Positions 22,242-33,753 are shown, counted from the first letter of the stretch. The stretch: 64,000 nucleotides of DNA from Nitrosopumilaceae archaeon (GCA_965214835.1 CBDCCK010000002.1:640001-704000); one strand, 5' to 3'. Program-made: numbers and translations. Notes: generated by a model from the letters alone, not told the origin.

Positions 22242-23522
22242 TCAGATCTGGAGGCTAGGATCCATGACCCTCCCCATGAACAGGATCATGCCGCTCTCCG
22301 CATCATATATCGTAAACACGAACGGTCGATCTGCGATAAAGTGCGGCGGAGGTGGTTCTTCTGACTCCATTCCTACTATGATGGTGGTAACGGCGGCAGC
22401 CTCAGTTCCCTCCTCGTTTACCTTTACGTATGCATCTTGGAATGCGCCGCTCACGTACAGATTTCTGCCAAGATACTCGTCACCCGGCAGCACCCCCAGG
22501 ATTCCCAGCAGATCTGCTGCTTTTTCATCAAAGACGTCATGCATGCCAAGGTTGTACAGAGGATCGCTTAGATCATACTTGGTTTTCACCTCAAACTTTG
22601 GCATCGACACTACCACCTCCATCTCTGTCATGCCCTGCCGCCACTCCTGTATGAGATCTGCCGAAAGCCTTTCCTGCAGATGAGCCATGCCGTCCCTCTC
22701 TGAGGGCAGCATGACCATCATCGAGAGCCGGTCTCCCTTGTAAGGCATACTCAGTACCTGCACCCCGCCGGCTCCGTCATCGGGAACGGCGTGATAGTCG
22801 AACATGCCCGTAACGTGCATAAAGTCGGCATCAACGCTGTCTGTGCCGTTCCTCCAGAACTCGGCCTGCCCTGTATCCTCCACGGAAAACTGCGTGACCC
22901 ACGTGCCCTTGAAGTATATCGCGTTGTTGATCACCATGGCCGTGCCTGCACTGACATCGTCCGGTGTTATCACCTCGTCGATCTTGCCGTTGGTGTTATC
23001 GGAGGCCCACTCGTTTATTCTCTTTACGGTATCCCCCCCAAAGACGACGACCTCGGCCCCTGCAAGATAGATGTCGCGCGCTATGCCAAGATAGGACTCG
23101 TGCGGCTCGAACCAGTCTGCTATCCACAGCGCGTTTGCCGTGACAAGCGTGGCGTGCGGGTCGTCTCGGTTAAGTGACGCCATCGCGTGCGCCATGGCGT
23201 TGTGGCGCGCCGCCGCGTCCGGCTCAAAGCCAAAGACGTCCTGCATCTGCGCCGCGGTGTTTCCCCTTGCCCCCTCATACAGGATGGAAAAGGCAGTGTA
23301 CATACTGACGGGCGAGAAGAAGATGTTCTCGTCACTGTCTGAGACCTGCTTGTAAAAGTCTACTGCAAAGCCGTTGTTTGCAGACGCGACATCCTCGGGA
23401 ATCGCAGCGGATTCTGGCTGCAGAGGTGCGACTGTGGAGTGTAATACCGTCGTTTCGGCGTACAAAAAGACGGATGCCGCAATCACAACGGCGGCTGCTA
23501 CGGCATAGAGGCGCCTTTTCAT
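22242..23522 (-). CDS. Secreted serpin (serine protease inhibitor)
   Basis: Signal-like N-terminus; NIFFSPVS, NAIYFKGTW, hinge EEGTEAAAVT and FIADRPF motifs. Confidence 0.95.
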   Translation of the reverse strand: MKRRLYAVAAAVVIAASVFLYAETTVLHSTVAPLQPESAAIPEDVASANNGFAVDFYKQVSDSDENIFFSPVSMYTAFSILYEGARGNTAAQMQDVFGFEPDAAARHNAMAHAMASLNRDDPHATLVTANALWIADWFEPHESYLGIARDIYLAGAEVVVFGGDTVKRINEWASDNTNGKIDEVITPDDVSAGTAMVINNAIYFKGTWVTQFSVEDTGQAEFWRNGTDSVDADFMHVTGMFDYHAVPDDGAGGVQVLSMPYKGDRLSMMVMLPSERDGMAHLQERLSADLIQEWRQGMTEMEVVVSMPKFEVKTKYDLSDPLYNLGMHDVFDEKAADLLGILGVLPGDEYLGRNLYVSGAFQDAYVKVNEEGTEAAAVTTIIVGMESEEPPPPHFIADRPFVFTIYDAESGMILFMGRVMDPSLQI

Positions 23523-26500
23523 GGAACGATCACCGCGTACGGCTCGCGCTCATGATCTTGCAAGTCCGATGCGGTGACCCAGAAGACATATGTGCTTGCT
23601 GCCGTGCCCGTCGTGTCAAGCGATACGGCTGCCGTGCCGTTGCCGTGATCCGTCACCGAGATAGAGCCTTCCGGCATGCTGTCCGGTATCATTCCTATCG
23701 TGATCGGGTCTCCTTCTGTGTCAGAGGCGCGCACTACAAGCGATAGTTGCTGTGATGTGACGGTCATCGGGCTAGATACGGCAGTGCCGTTCTGCGAGAA
23801 GGCAAGCTCAAACTCCGGGCCGTCGTTGTCCTGCGCTGCGGCGTCTCCTGTGCTCTCGCTGCCGCTTGTGGCCGTGCTCGACTCGGAGTATTGCGGACCG
23901 ACCACCACTCCGCGTGGGTCGTCCATCCTGTTGCCGGACGCAAAGACCGAGGATGTACCGGATGATATGCTTATGATGTTGTCGTCGTCCTTGTTTGCCA
24001 CGTACAGCACGCCGGCATCGTCCATGTCCATACCGTACGGCTCGTCTATCAGCGATGTGATGGTAGTGATCAGCGATCCGCTCGCCGGGTTGATCTCGTT
24101 TACGCGCCCGGCGTCATCACCGCTCTGGTACAGGCTGGATCCTGTGCCGCCCATGGCGGCGCCGCACTCCAGTCCCGCGGCCCTGTGCGTGTTGGGCGAG
24201 AACGAGCCGGTGCCGGATATCTCGCCCTGGTACGTGCCGTCAGAGGCCCTGTAGTAGAGTATGCTGCCAAGCGACCTGTCTGCGGCATACATCCGGCCGT
24301 CTGTGCAAAAGACCACGTCGTACGGGGACAACAGCGCGGTGGCGCCCGAGCTTGCCGGGTTGCGCGACGCGTCGCCAAAGTATCCCAGCGACGAGCCGGA
24401 CGACGAGAACCTCTCGATTCCCATGCTAGTGGCCACGTACAGCGTGTTGCCGTTCCACGTGAGGCCGTACGGGTATCCCGTCGTGGATGCCCACCCGGCG
24501 CTTGATCCGCTGATCGGGGCGCCTGTGGCACCGTCGTACTTGCGTATCTTGCTGTAGGTGTTATCCGATATATACAGGTGGCCGTCTGGGCCAAAGGCTA
24601 CGTCCCACGCCTTGCCTAGGCCGCCCGCCCTGTCCTCCACAAAGTCGCCGAGATACGTCCCGCTCTCTGAGAAGACCAGTACCTCGCGGTCATCGGTATC
24701 TGCGACGTATATGGAATGGCCTGATGTGGGTGATGAACCCGAGTCGCTTATGGATATGTTGTCTATCATGGCTATCTCAGACGGGCTGGAGCTGCGCGCC
24801 GTTATGCGCACCTGCATCTCGGAGACCAGATGCCCGGAGGACAGGTCGTAGGATTCGGTGTGCCACGTACTGTCGTCGTCCCCCGAGGAGGCCTGCCAGT
24901 CAAACGCAGTGGTCCATGCAGAGCCGTCATACAACTCCACCCTGAGGTACTCGCCGCCGTCAAGTGACGATGATACGAACCTGTCAAGTGTCAAGTGTCC
25001 GGTCTGCCGCGACGACAGGTCTACCGGCGACAGCGTGATGGTACAAAGCGTGTCGCAGTTGCTCGAGTATGCGACGGTGTTGCCCGTCTGGCTGCCTGGC
25101 AGCGGCGTGGTGGGTGAGCGCGTGATCCAGTCAGAGTCGCCGCCCTGGGTCCAGTTGTCCAGTCCAGACTCAAAGTTCTCCGATATCGCAGTGGGGCGCG
25201 ACGGGGGCTGGACAGTCGAGCCGCCGGATGCGGCGCTTATTGTTATGTCGTCAAGCTGCACATCCTCGCTTGAGGAGCTCTGCTGCGTGACCAGCCTGAT
25301 CTTAAAGTCGTCCGCCCCAAGGTATGACGCAAGGTCGTACGACTCTTGGTGCCACGTGTTGTCGTCGCCCCCGAGGTTGTGCGACCAGTGGTATATGGTA
25401 TTCCATGTCGAGCCGTCGTATGCCTCCACCTTGAGATACTCGTCACGGTCAAGCCCGTAGTCTATGAACCGCCAGAATCCAAGGGTGGCAGAGTCATAGT
25501 CGGTAAGATCAATGGGGGTGGTAAGCGTAAGCGTGCACATGTTGTCGCAGTTGTCAGAGTGCAGTACCTTGTTCTCACGGTCACGGCCGGGCAGCGTCGG
25601 CGCGTTATGCGACTGGGACGTGGAGATGGTCCAGTCGCCGTCGCCCGTCTCGGTCCAGTGCACGGTAAGATCAGAGGATTCAAAGTCGTCCGAGAACAGG
25701 ACGGTCTCTGCTGCTGCGGGAGGCTCCGGCGTCGCCGTACCCTCAGAGGCGATATACTCCAGCTCGAGGCTCCAGTCATTGAGGATCCCAATGTCTCCGC
25801 TTGCATAATCGCCCACCGAAAGAGTCCAGTTGCCTGCAATGGCAGAGCCCGTCATGGACCGGAGTCCTGTGTGCGAGGACGAGTAGTAGGTGTCGGATAT
25901 GTCGTGTGTGTCGCCGCCTGTCCTGCTGTGCAGCGTGGCCTGTGTTCCGTCAGGCGAGCTGAGCTCCACCCTGAGGTCCCCGATGTACGTGTGGGTTATG
26001 CTGACTGACACCGTCATGGAGCTTGAGGTTCCGTTTACCGGAACGTATATGGTGCTTGCCGTATCCTGGCTGTCCGTGTTGTCTGGTATGGTAAGGCCCG
26101 ACTCTGCCGTGGAACGGTACGTGGTGCTTGCCGGACACGAGGTACCGCTTGCGCCAGACGCCCCGGAGCACGAGCTTGGAACGTACCCCACAAACATGCG
26201 CACGTCGTTGTAATTGAAAAGAAATTGCCTAAAGTCATAAATCAGTGACTCCAGCTGGTTCCTCTGGCGGCTCGCCTCGTGCGCGGCCTCCTCGTCAACG
26301 CCGTCAGCGGAAAGGGTGGCAGACCGGATGGAAATCGGCACGGCAAGCTCCATCATCCGGCTTCCGCTTGGAGGTATTGCTACCGTGTACGTGGTGCCGG
26401 ATGTGGTGACGAGCTTCAGGTCGACTCCCTCCATGTTAACGGAGCCTACGTATATGGCAGATACCGTATATCCCGGGCCTGAAAACGTCTGAGAATAGTC

Positions 26501-28858
26501 TGCGTGGGCAAAGCCCGAGGTGACCTCAAGCGTGTCCCAGTCCCTTATGTTATCAGAGTTTGGAGAGACGCTACTAGAGCCCGGAGGAGGCGACTCGGCC
26601 CGGAGCGTCACGGTGGCAGGCGTGCCGGTTCTCTGGCCGTCGTGCGGCGTTATCTGAAACGTGTCCGTGCCGGTAAAGTTGCTGTTCGGCGTGTACACCG
26701 CGCGCGACATGGTCTTTGTTATGAACTCGTCCGTCGTGATTACTCCCTTTGCAGGATCCCTTGATACGTGAAATGACACCGCGTCGCCGTCCGCATCAGA
26801 TGCAGCTAGTCTCACCACCTTCTCCATGCCGGGGCTGACTATGTGCTCGGAGGGGCTGGCGACCGGCTGGGTGTTTGAGGAGGAAGGCAGGAAGCTGAGC
26901 GGACGCGTGCTTGCAAGTGCAAAGTTCTGGACGGGCTTGTTCAGGCTGTCCAGTCCAGAGCCCGTGACGGTTATGGTATAGGTTCCCGTCCTGCCGGGCG
27001 TGAACACTGCAAACTCGTTTGTCTGGTGCGATGATTCTGCGCGTATCGTGCTTCCGTCGGGTGAGGCTATCGTAAAGTCAAGGTTTGCAATGTTGACTGG
27101 AAATATTCCAGCTGTCTGGGCTGTGAGGCTTCCGCGGTATATTTGCTCTATTATGCTGCCGTGCGGGTGAGCAAACCATGTCAATATGACCTTGACCGGC
27201 TCTGACGTGTCAGTCACGTTGAACGCGTACTGCCTGCTGGTGGTCTGAGCGTCAAGATAGTCTCCCATGACGTGGTTGTGTGTCAGACCCCTCTGGTGTG
27301 CATACTCCAGAGTCTTCGATACGTCCAGTATGCCGAATCCGACGTTGTTAAGTATTCCAAGTGATGTGGCGTTGTTTGCCTCATCGTACTCTGTTGGTTG
27401 CATTACATAGGAGCAACCGTGGCCAGCGTTGTTCTGCTCGTACTGCGTTGATGTGCACGGAACAGGTCCCGTCCAGTTGGCCCCAAGCAGAATGGATGCC
27501 TTTACCTCCACCGGCGTCAGATCAGGCTTTGCCTGCAACAGCATTGCGGCGGTTGCACTTACCTGCGGGGCAGCTAAGCTTGTGCCGCTACGTGGGTGTG
27601 TTGTATTGTTTGCTACAAAGTTGAGTACCTGTATATTCTGTGCGGGTGCCACCAGTTCCGGTTTCAGTACGATGGTTCCGCCTGCAGGACCCCTGCTTGC
27701 GTTCACATACATTTCGATTTGGTTAGGGTTGCGGTCGTTTATGCCACCTACAGAAATTACGTTGCTTCCACAGCCCGGGGTGGTTATCGATTCATAAGTA
27801 GGGGTTCTGTTCCCTCCCTGATTTCCAGCCGATTTAACGGCCACCATGCCCTTGTCAACTGCTTCGTTTACTATGAGGTTATGCGTGGTTGTTTGAGTTT
27901 GATCTTGATCACAAAAAGCATTTTGGGTTGAGTCACGTATTCGAAAACTCATGTTTACAACGTCGGCACCGTTTATGAGAGCATAGTCTAGTCCATGAGC
28001 CACACGAGCTGCGCTTCTAATACCTTGAATGTCTAAAAGATCCACCCCCGGAGCGATTCCGTTGTGGGCAGGTAGTCCTGACGCTGCAAGAACCTGTGCT
28101 ACCATTGTACCATGTGATGTGGTTGTTGAATGTGGGGGAAACAGGCCAAGCAGATTTGAGGTGTTGGTTGGAACACAGCCGTTGTCGTTACATATGACAT
28201 GCTCAAGGATCCTGCCGTCAAAAGCTGTGTCATGCCTGATGCCAGTATCTATCACTCCGACAACTATGCCGGTGCCATTGAGCACCCTTCCGATTGCCGC
28301 ACGCATGTCGCCGTCAGTTGCACGTATCGTATTTCGCGCAGTGTCAACCTCGGCGATTACTTCAAGTTCACCATCTCCCAGGCGGTATACTTCCTCGTGG
28401 AGCGAAAACCCAGGTATATCTGCAACCGGAATCAAGGCAGTCACAAACGACAGTGACTTTGCAGCAACAATGTCGCGCGCGCCAAGCAGCTCAAGCCTCT
28501 TTACCACGGAGTCCTTGTTCTCTTTGGCAGCCTCCTCATGATCCCTGCCGTCGTCGTCCCTGCTGACCACCATTATGACGTTGTAGTATCGCTTACCGTC
28601 ATATACACCCGGATCCCCATCAGTTGGCTCCTCCAGTATAATATCCTGAATCTTTTGGTAAAAGCCGACATCAAACTTGTGTTTTACATCAACGTTTCCA
28701 ACCGGTGCTGGAGTGCCGTCTTCTGGAATCAGGCCGCCCGGGATGTCTGGGTTGCTGCCGGCTCCGTCGTGTACCTGCGCAGACGCCATCCCGACAGAAA
28801 TTACAGCAAACATAGATAAAGCCAAAACCAAGACCAGCTTTTTGTCTGAGTTCAACAA
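23519..28858 (-). CDS. Large secreted S8 subtilase with PPC-, Ig/cadherin-, P-domain-, two jelly-roll- and beta-propeller-like regions
   Basis: Catalytic triad VIDTG / SHGTMV / SGTSLAAP; ITHTYIGDL (P-domain); FGPDGHLYISD repeats. Confidence 0.92.
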   Translation of the reverse strand: MLNSDKKLVLVLALSMFAVISVGMASAQVHDGAGSNPDIPGGLIPEDGTPAPVGNVDVKHKFDVGFYQKIQDIILEEPTDGDPGVYDGKRYYNVIMVVSRDDDGRDHEEAAKENKDSVVKRLELLGARDIVAAKSLSFVTALIPVADIPGFSLHEEVYRLGDGELEVIAEVDTARNTIRATDGDMRAAIGRVLNGTGIVVGVIDTGIRHDTAFDGRILEHVICNDNGCVPTNTSNLLGLFPPHSTTTSHGTMVAQVLAASGLPAHNGIAPGVDLLDIQGIRSAARVAHGLDYALINGADVVNMSFRIRDSTQNAFCDQDQTQTTTHNLIVNEAVDKGMVAVKSAGNQGGNRTPTYESITTPGCGSNVISVGGINDRNPNQIEMYVNASRGPAGGTIVLKPELVAPAQNIQVLNFVANNTTHPRSGTSLAAPQVSATAAMLLQAKPDLTPVEVKASILLGANWTGPVPCTSTQYEQNNAGHGCSYVMQPTEYDEANNATSLGILNNVGFGILDVSKTLEYAHQRGLTHNHVMGDYLDAQTTSRQYAFNVTDTSEPVKVILTWFAHPHGSIIEQIYRGSLTAQTAGIFPVNIANLDFTIASPDGSTIRAESSHQTNEFAVFTPGRTGTYTITVTGSGLDSLNKPVQNFALASTRPLSFLPSSSNTQPVASPSEHIVSPGMEKVVRLAASDADGDAVSFHVSRDPAKGVITTDEFITKTMSRAVYTPNSNFTGTDTFQITPHDGQRTGTPATVTLRAESPPPGSSSVSPNSDNIRDWDTLEVTSGFAHADYSQTFSGPGYTVSAIYVGSVNMEGVDLKLVTTSGTTYTVAIPPSGSRMMELAVPISIRSATLSADGVDEEAAHEASRQRNQLESLIYDFRQFLFNYNDVRMFVGYVPSSCSGASGASGTSCPASTTYRSTAESGLTIPDNTDSQDTASTIYVPVNGTSSSMTVSVSITHTYIGDLRVELSSPDGTQATLHSRTGGDTHDISDTYYSSSHTGLRSMTGSAIAGNWTLSVGDYASGDIGILNDWSLELEYIASEGTATPEPPAAAETVLFSDDFESSDLTVHWTETGDGDWTISTSQSHNAPTLPGRDRENKVLHSDNCDNMCTLTLTTPIDLTDYDSATLGFWRFIDYGLDRDEYLKVEAYDGSTWNTIYHWSHNLGGDDNTWHQESYDLASYLGADDFKIRLVTQQSSSSEDVQLDDITISAASGGSTVQPPSRPTAISENFESGLDNWTQGGDSDWITRSPTTPLPGSQTGNTVAYSSNCDTLCTITLSPVDLSSRQTGHLTLDRFVSSSLDGGEYLRVELYDGSAWTTAFDWQASSGDDDSTWHTESYDLSSGHLVSEMQVRITARSSSPSEIAMIDNISISDSGSSPTSGHSIYVADTDDREVLVFSESGTYLGDFVEDRAGGLGKAWDVAFGPDGHLYISDNTYSKIRKYDGATGAPISGSSAGWASTTGYPYGLTWNGNTLYVATSMGIERFSSSGSSLGYFGDASRNPASSGATALLSPYDVVFCTDGRMYAADRSLGSILYYRASDGTYQGEISGTGSFSPNTHRAAGLECGAAMGGTGSSLYQSGDDAGRVNEINPASGSLITTITSLIDEPYGMDMDDAGVLYVANKDDDNIISISSGTSSVFASGNRMDDPRGVVVGPQYSESSTATSGSESTGDAAAQDNDGPEFELAFSQNGTAVSSPMTVTSQQLSLVVRASDTEGDPITIGMIPDSMPEGSISVTDHGNGTAAVSLDTTGTAASTYVFWVTASDLQDHEREPYAVIVP

Positions 28859-28892
28859 TAAGTTTTCAGACGTGTTATTCCTTTTTAAACAT

Positions 28893-31775
28893 TAGACCTT
28901 ATGCGTAAACGTCTACAATCCAAAAAGTAGTTCACCCCTTCTCCGAGGGTGTAAAGTCGGTAAGGATCAGATGCACGGGCCTCATGCATGCCACTGGAAA
29001 CAAGGGTGTGTGGGTCTGGCGCAAAAGGGCTGGTAAATACGTCAGTCTTGCACGCCCCAACAACATGAATCTAAACAAGTCAGGCGTACAGTGGATAGTA
29101 CGCCAAAAGCAAAAGGGAGACATGACAAACGCCCAGATAGCCGAATCCATGAACGTCTCGGTCCGCTGGGTACAGAAACTGTGGGCCCGGCACAGGTCAG
29201 GCACCATACAGGACATATCGCACCCCGCACGGATGGGAAGGCCCCAGAACGGCATGCCCGGGCGCAGGGAGCACTCGGCGGTCCTCTCGGTGCGACCCTC
29301 CGAGCACCTGGGTGCGGCATCACTGCAGGATCTCATAAGGGAAAAGACCGGGATTAATATCCCGCGACATACACTGCACGGCATGCTAAAGGACGAGGGG
29401 ATGGCCAGAGACGAGCCCAACGGGCGCAGAAAACGCAGGTGGCTGCGCTGGGAGATGGAGTATTCCAACTCCATGTGGCACACCGACTGGAAGCAGATAC
29501 ACGGCGGAATGCACGACGGCAGGTGGTTTTTGTGCTACGAGGACGACGCATCCCGGTTCGTGACCGGATACGGCATATTTGACAACGCGACTACAGAAAA
29601 CGCCCTCAAGGTGCTTGACGGGGCCATGCAGAAGCACGGCAGGCCCGCCTCCATAATGACGGACCACGGAAGCCAGTTCTATGCAAACGAAAAACAGGGC
29701 GCAAAGAGGGGGCACAGCGAGTTCGAGGAGAGCCTGGAGGCCCTAGGCATACGGCAGGTCCTTGCCGGGGTGCGCCACCCGCAGACAAACGGCAAGGTCG
29801 AGAGGCTGCACGGCGAGATACAGCGCAAGCTGCACGAGTTTGAGGATATCATGATGAGAACAAGCGATCCCATGGATCTGTTCATGAAATGGTACAACTA
29901 CGACAGGCCCCACATGTCCCTTGACCGGGAGAACCGGGAGACGCCGGCGCAGGCATATGAGCGCAAGATGCCCCCTGCGGGCGAAACGGTCATAGATGGG
30001 CAGACCAGGGAGGAATATCATGTCAGATAGGGGGGGTGAACTACTTTTCGGATCCCACACCTTATGCGTAAACGAAATTAGCGGCGATGCCCCTGGCGCA
30101 CGGGCTACAAATGAGGCAAGTCAGGGCCGGCGCACGCGCGACTGTACCTTACAACGTTGAAAATATTTGATCAAAACCACAACTATTTTCAGACGATTGA
30201 TTTAGATCCGGGATCCATTCTCGCATAAGAGTAATGGCAAAGTCCGAGACCGAGCAGATACGACTGCTGAAGAAGAGAATCGAGCAGTACGAGAAGGAGA
30301 AGGTACAGGACAGGAAGGAGAAGGCGCGGGACAAAAAGAAGATCAAGAAGTATGAGAAGAGGATCAAGAGGCACGAGAAGAAGAGCAGGCAGGACAGGAA
30401 GGAGAAGGTGCGGGACAGGACGGAGAGGATGCAGTACAGGAAGGAGATCAGAGAGTACGAGAAGAAGAGCAGGCAGGACGGCAGGAGGCAGGAGCGGGAT
30501 CAGGAGAGGATAGGGCAGCTGGAACAGCAGCTGGACGCCGAGCGCCGGATGTGGCCCGCAACCTGGGATGACGACAGGCGCTCCGCGGACAACGCCGCCC
30601 TCATGCACAGGCTCGAGGTGCTCGATGACATAATCGGTGGCGGGTCCCTGCAGCCCACCACGTCGATGAACCTCCGCCAGTTTGACTACATATATGACCG
30701 GTTTACGAAGCTTGCCAAAAAGCACACAGAAGGCCCCCTGTTCTCAGAAGACGAGGACAACTTGCCCGGAAACCGGTGCAAGCTGTCCTACCGCCACGCC
30801 CTGCTGATGTCGCTGATGCGCAAGTACGGAAACCCGACACAGGAGCAGCTTGCGGCATTCTTTGGCATAGACCAGAGCACCATATGCAGGTACCTCAAGT
30901 ATTGCGACATGATATTCACCAAGATACTGCCCACGCCGGACGCCGTATCGCGAAAGATACGAAACGCCCGCACGATCAAGGAAGTCAAGAAGATCGTCCC
31001 GGATCTGACCGTGATTGTAGACGGCACGCACATCGACATACAGCGCCCCACAGACAAGGAGCCAAGAAAGGAGGCATACTCTGGCAAGAAGAAGAGCTTT
31101 ACGCGCAACACCCAGGTGATTGCCGACAAGAAGGGACTGGCGATGTATGCAAGCAAGTCGGCGCCCGGAAGCACGCACGACCTCACCATGATAAAGAACA
31201 ACCCACCGGATCTGGGAATCCTGACTGCCAGGATGCGCAGCAACAGAAAGCACCCCGAGGACGAGAAGGTAAAGATGTTCTCTGACCTGGGATACATGGG
31301 AATCGAGGAGGTGTATCCCGGGGCCACATCCGTGCAGCCCGACAAGAAGCCAAGGAAAGGCAAGCTTACAAAGAAACAGAAAGCGCAGAACAGGAGGATA
31401 AGCAGCAAGAGGGTGACAGTAGAGCACGCCATAGGACGGATAAAGCAGTACAAGCGGATGCGTGATCCGTACGACGGGACCGCCGAGGAGTTCGACAGGG
31501 AGTTCCAGGTGACGGCCGGGCTTGCCAACTTTAGGCTGCTGTGGGACAAGCGGAACAAGAAGCTCATGCATGGGTTCTGATACCACGATACGGAGCGCAT
31601 TGCGGCGCCACACGATGCCGCACTATACTGTAGTTTTTACCAGCTGTAATGGCTCGTAGCTGCACTATATACGGACTCTGCCGCCCTCATACACGTCATG
31701 TGATGCCGTCAGCCTTGCATGTGTGGCCGGCCACCGTCGGAATATTTCGATCCGGTCGATTACGCATAAGGTCTA
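28893..31775 (+). mobile_element. IS5 (ISL2-like) element; transposase 30234-31580 with a coiled-coil N-terminus
   Basis: IR tagaccttatgcgtaa / ttacgcataaggtcta; VDGTHI, DLGYMG and RVTVEHAIG motifs. Confidence 0.9.
28912..30059 (+). mobile_element. IS481-family element (rve transposase ~29065-30030) inserted in the IS5 left IR
   Basis: WHTDWK, TDHGSQF and PQTNGKVER motifs; IR aaaagtagttcacccc; 15-bp DR ccttatgcgtaaacg. Confidence 0.92.
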
Positions 31776-32139
31776 ATGATATGTAGTACATCTTGGGGAT
31801 TGCTTCTTGTACTGTTCTTAGGTTGCTTGCAGAAGAATGTATCAGATTACACTCAAGAGAGTATAACGCAGATTCAAATGATTGCACATTATAGTAAAAA
31901 AGCAAATGCGCAGATACTCCTGCCATGTTTTTATCTTGTAATTCGATGCCGGTTGTTTTATTGTAAAAGGTTGTAAATTGCACATCCAAATAATGCTGAA
32001 ATCCGAGCAGCTCTTCTATGTCTTCATAGTTGGTAATATGGTTTTTTATCGTTCGCAGACGATTGTTTTCTAGTTGATTTTTTGCATCACAAAAGTACTG
32101 CAAATATTCTGATTTCATAGAGGCTATATAATTTTGCAA
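31776..32139 (-). pseudogene. AT-rich hypothetical gene truncated by the IS5
   Basis: ORF runs into the IS end; helical segment SASNLRTVQEA. Confidence 0.45.
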
Positions 32140-32512
32140 TCACTGATTAATTAATCTGTAATTACAAATCTTCCCAGTTCCCCATAAAACGGCTCCAAAC
32201 TCGAAACAGGTTCAAACTAAGTTGCTTGCAGATCCGCATGTCACAATCTGCACCGCCACGAATCGGGTTATATCTGTGAAGATTGTGCAATCCAAAACAA
32301 TTTCAAACAGACGCATCCATATGCAGAGCGAGCGTCTTGATGAGGCCCGAATTTGGCGGGGTTTGATCGCCTGAGAACCGCGAAAACCTGTCTGTCATCC
32401 CGTACACTTCAGAATATTTTGACTCGGTAGGAACCTTTGCCTGTCAGTGTGGGAGTCTTGCCTCCCAAACCTTGGTAGCAACATGTCTGTTTTTTTGTTA
32501 GATCTAACAAAG

Positions 32513-32692
32513 TCATGCATTTGATGAATCAGCGATTATTTTGATATTGCTAGTCGTGTCTACCAACTGTAAGGCAGACGTTAAACCAGAAGACGTTGAT
32601 CTAAGAACTGGCATTGCCTCTTCAGGGTCTATTCCAAAATCATTTGTATCGCCATCATCATACTCGGTCATTTCCCTGTCATTTCTCCACAT
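32513..32692 (-). CDS. Small acidic protein downstream of the ClpP-like protease
   Basis: ~59-aa ORF on the same strand. Confidence 0.4.
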   Translation of the reverse strand: MWRNDREMTEYDDGDTNDFGIDPEEAMPVLRSTSSGLTSALQLVDTTSNIKIIADSSNA

Positions 32693-32733
32693 AATTCGTA
32701 TATAAAATAACGCATGTCGGATCTGAACCTTTG

Positions 32734-33753
32734 TCAAATATCATCATTCTGCATCCACTCTTCTCGAGTTATCGATGAGAGGTATTGTGGGATTTGAGCA
32801 CCAGTTTGGGGATTTGTTACAGCAACACGCTTAATCTTAGCCTCCGTGGTAAACGTATGAACAAAATTAGTGCTTTCAACAACGCATCTGTGAAATATGG
32901 TGGTCATTTCATCACGCTCGCCTAATGCTGATTCATTGTTGTGAGGTACGTCTAGCTGCATGATTTTGTTATACATGTCATACAGCTTCATGATATCTTT
33001 CATTAGTTCTTCGGGCGTATCTATGATATTCAGCTTTAATTCTTCTTTTGCTTCCTTTCTTCCAATCAGGTAATTATGAGAAAACCTCTCTTCAATCAGC
33101 GTTTTGACAATCCTGTCCGCCTCGTCTTCATCAGAAAGGTGTTGTTTGAGCAATGTTTTTGCTAAAAAGCGAATTTCATTTCTAGATCTGTTTACGGCCC
33201 CTAAAACCAACGGATGTATGCCTCCTGCCAAAGTAGTCAGTATTTTTGTAAACTCCTCCTCAGAATCCGTCTTTGCCTCTTTTTTTGCCAAATCAAAGAA
33301 ACTCATCACGTCCTCGACATTGACAGGGACCTTGACTTGAAGTGACGGGTTTTGAGGGTGTGGAATTCCTGGCCCGAGCGGGTGTTCCATCGATGGATCT
33401 ACGGGTCCTAGCTGCCCCATCTTGGACATTATTACAGTGTTGGCACCCAATGCCATGAGAGTTCCCGTACTGAGGCATTTGAACGGGATTATTATTCCAT
33501 ACTTTTCACAATGTTCTCTTATCATGTTTACAATTCCATACCCTGAAATAGCAATGCCACCGGTAGTGTAGATTAACAGGTTTATTTTTGGAACAGTCCC
33601 AAACTTTTCCAAATGTTTGTAAATAAACGGAATCACGTCAGACGAAATTCTGGTTTCTAACCCCTTCCTATCTCCAGTAAAATACACTAAAACTCTTGAG
33701 TCGGTCTGTTCTTCTATTTTTTTGATCAGTTCAAGTCTGTCTTCTCGAGGCAC
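32734..33753 (-). CDS. SDH/ClpP-class serine protease
   Basis: IYTTGG, CLSTGTLMALGA, LGPVDPS and SHNYLI motifs. Confidence 0.88.
   Translation of the reverse strand: MPREDRLELIKKIEEQTDSRVLVYFTGDRKGLETRISSDVIPFIYKHLEKFGTVPKINLLIYTTGGIAISGYGIVNMIREHCEKYGIIIPFKCLSTGTLMALGANTVIMSKMGQLGPVDPSMEHPLGPGIPHPQNPSLQVKVPVNVEDVMSFFDLAKKEAKTDSEEEFTKILTTLAGGIHPLVLGAVNRSRNEIRFLAKTLLKQHLSDEDEADRIVKTLIEERFSHNYLIGRKEAKEELKLNIIDTPEELMKDIMKLYDMYNKIMQLDVPHNNESALGERDEMTTIFHRCVVESTNFVHTFTTEAKIKRVAVTNPQTGAQIPQYLSSITREEWMQNDDI

Noticed and set aside
23676-28819. Numerous plus-strand ORFs
   Set aside because: They are antisense shadows of the GC-rich S8 gene; the same holds for ORFs opposite the transposase and sugar genes.
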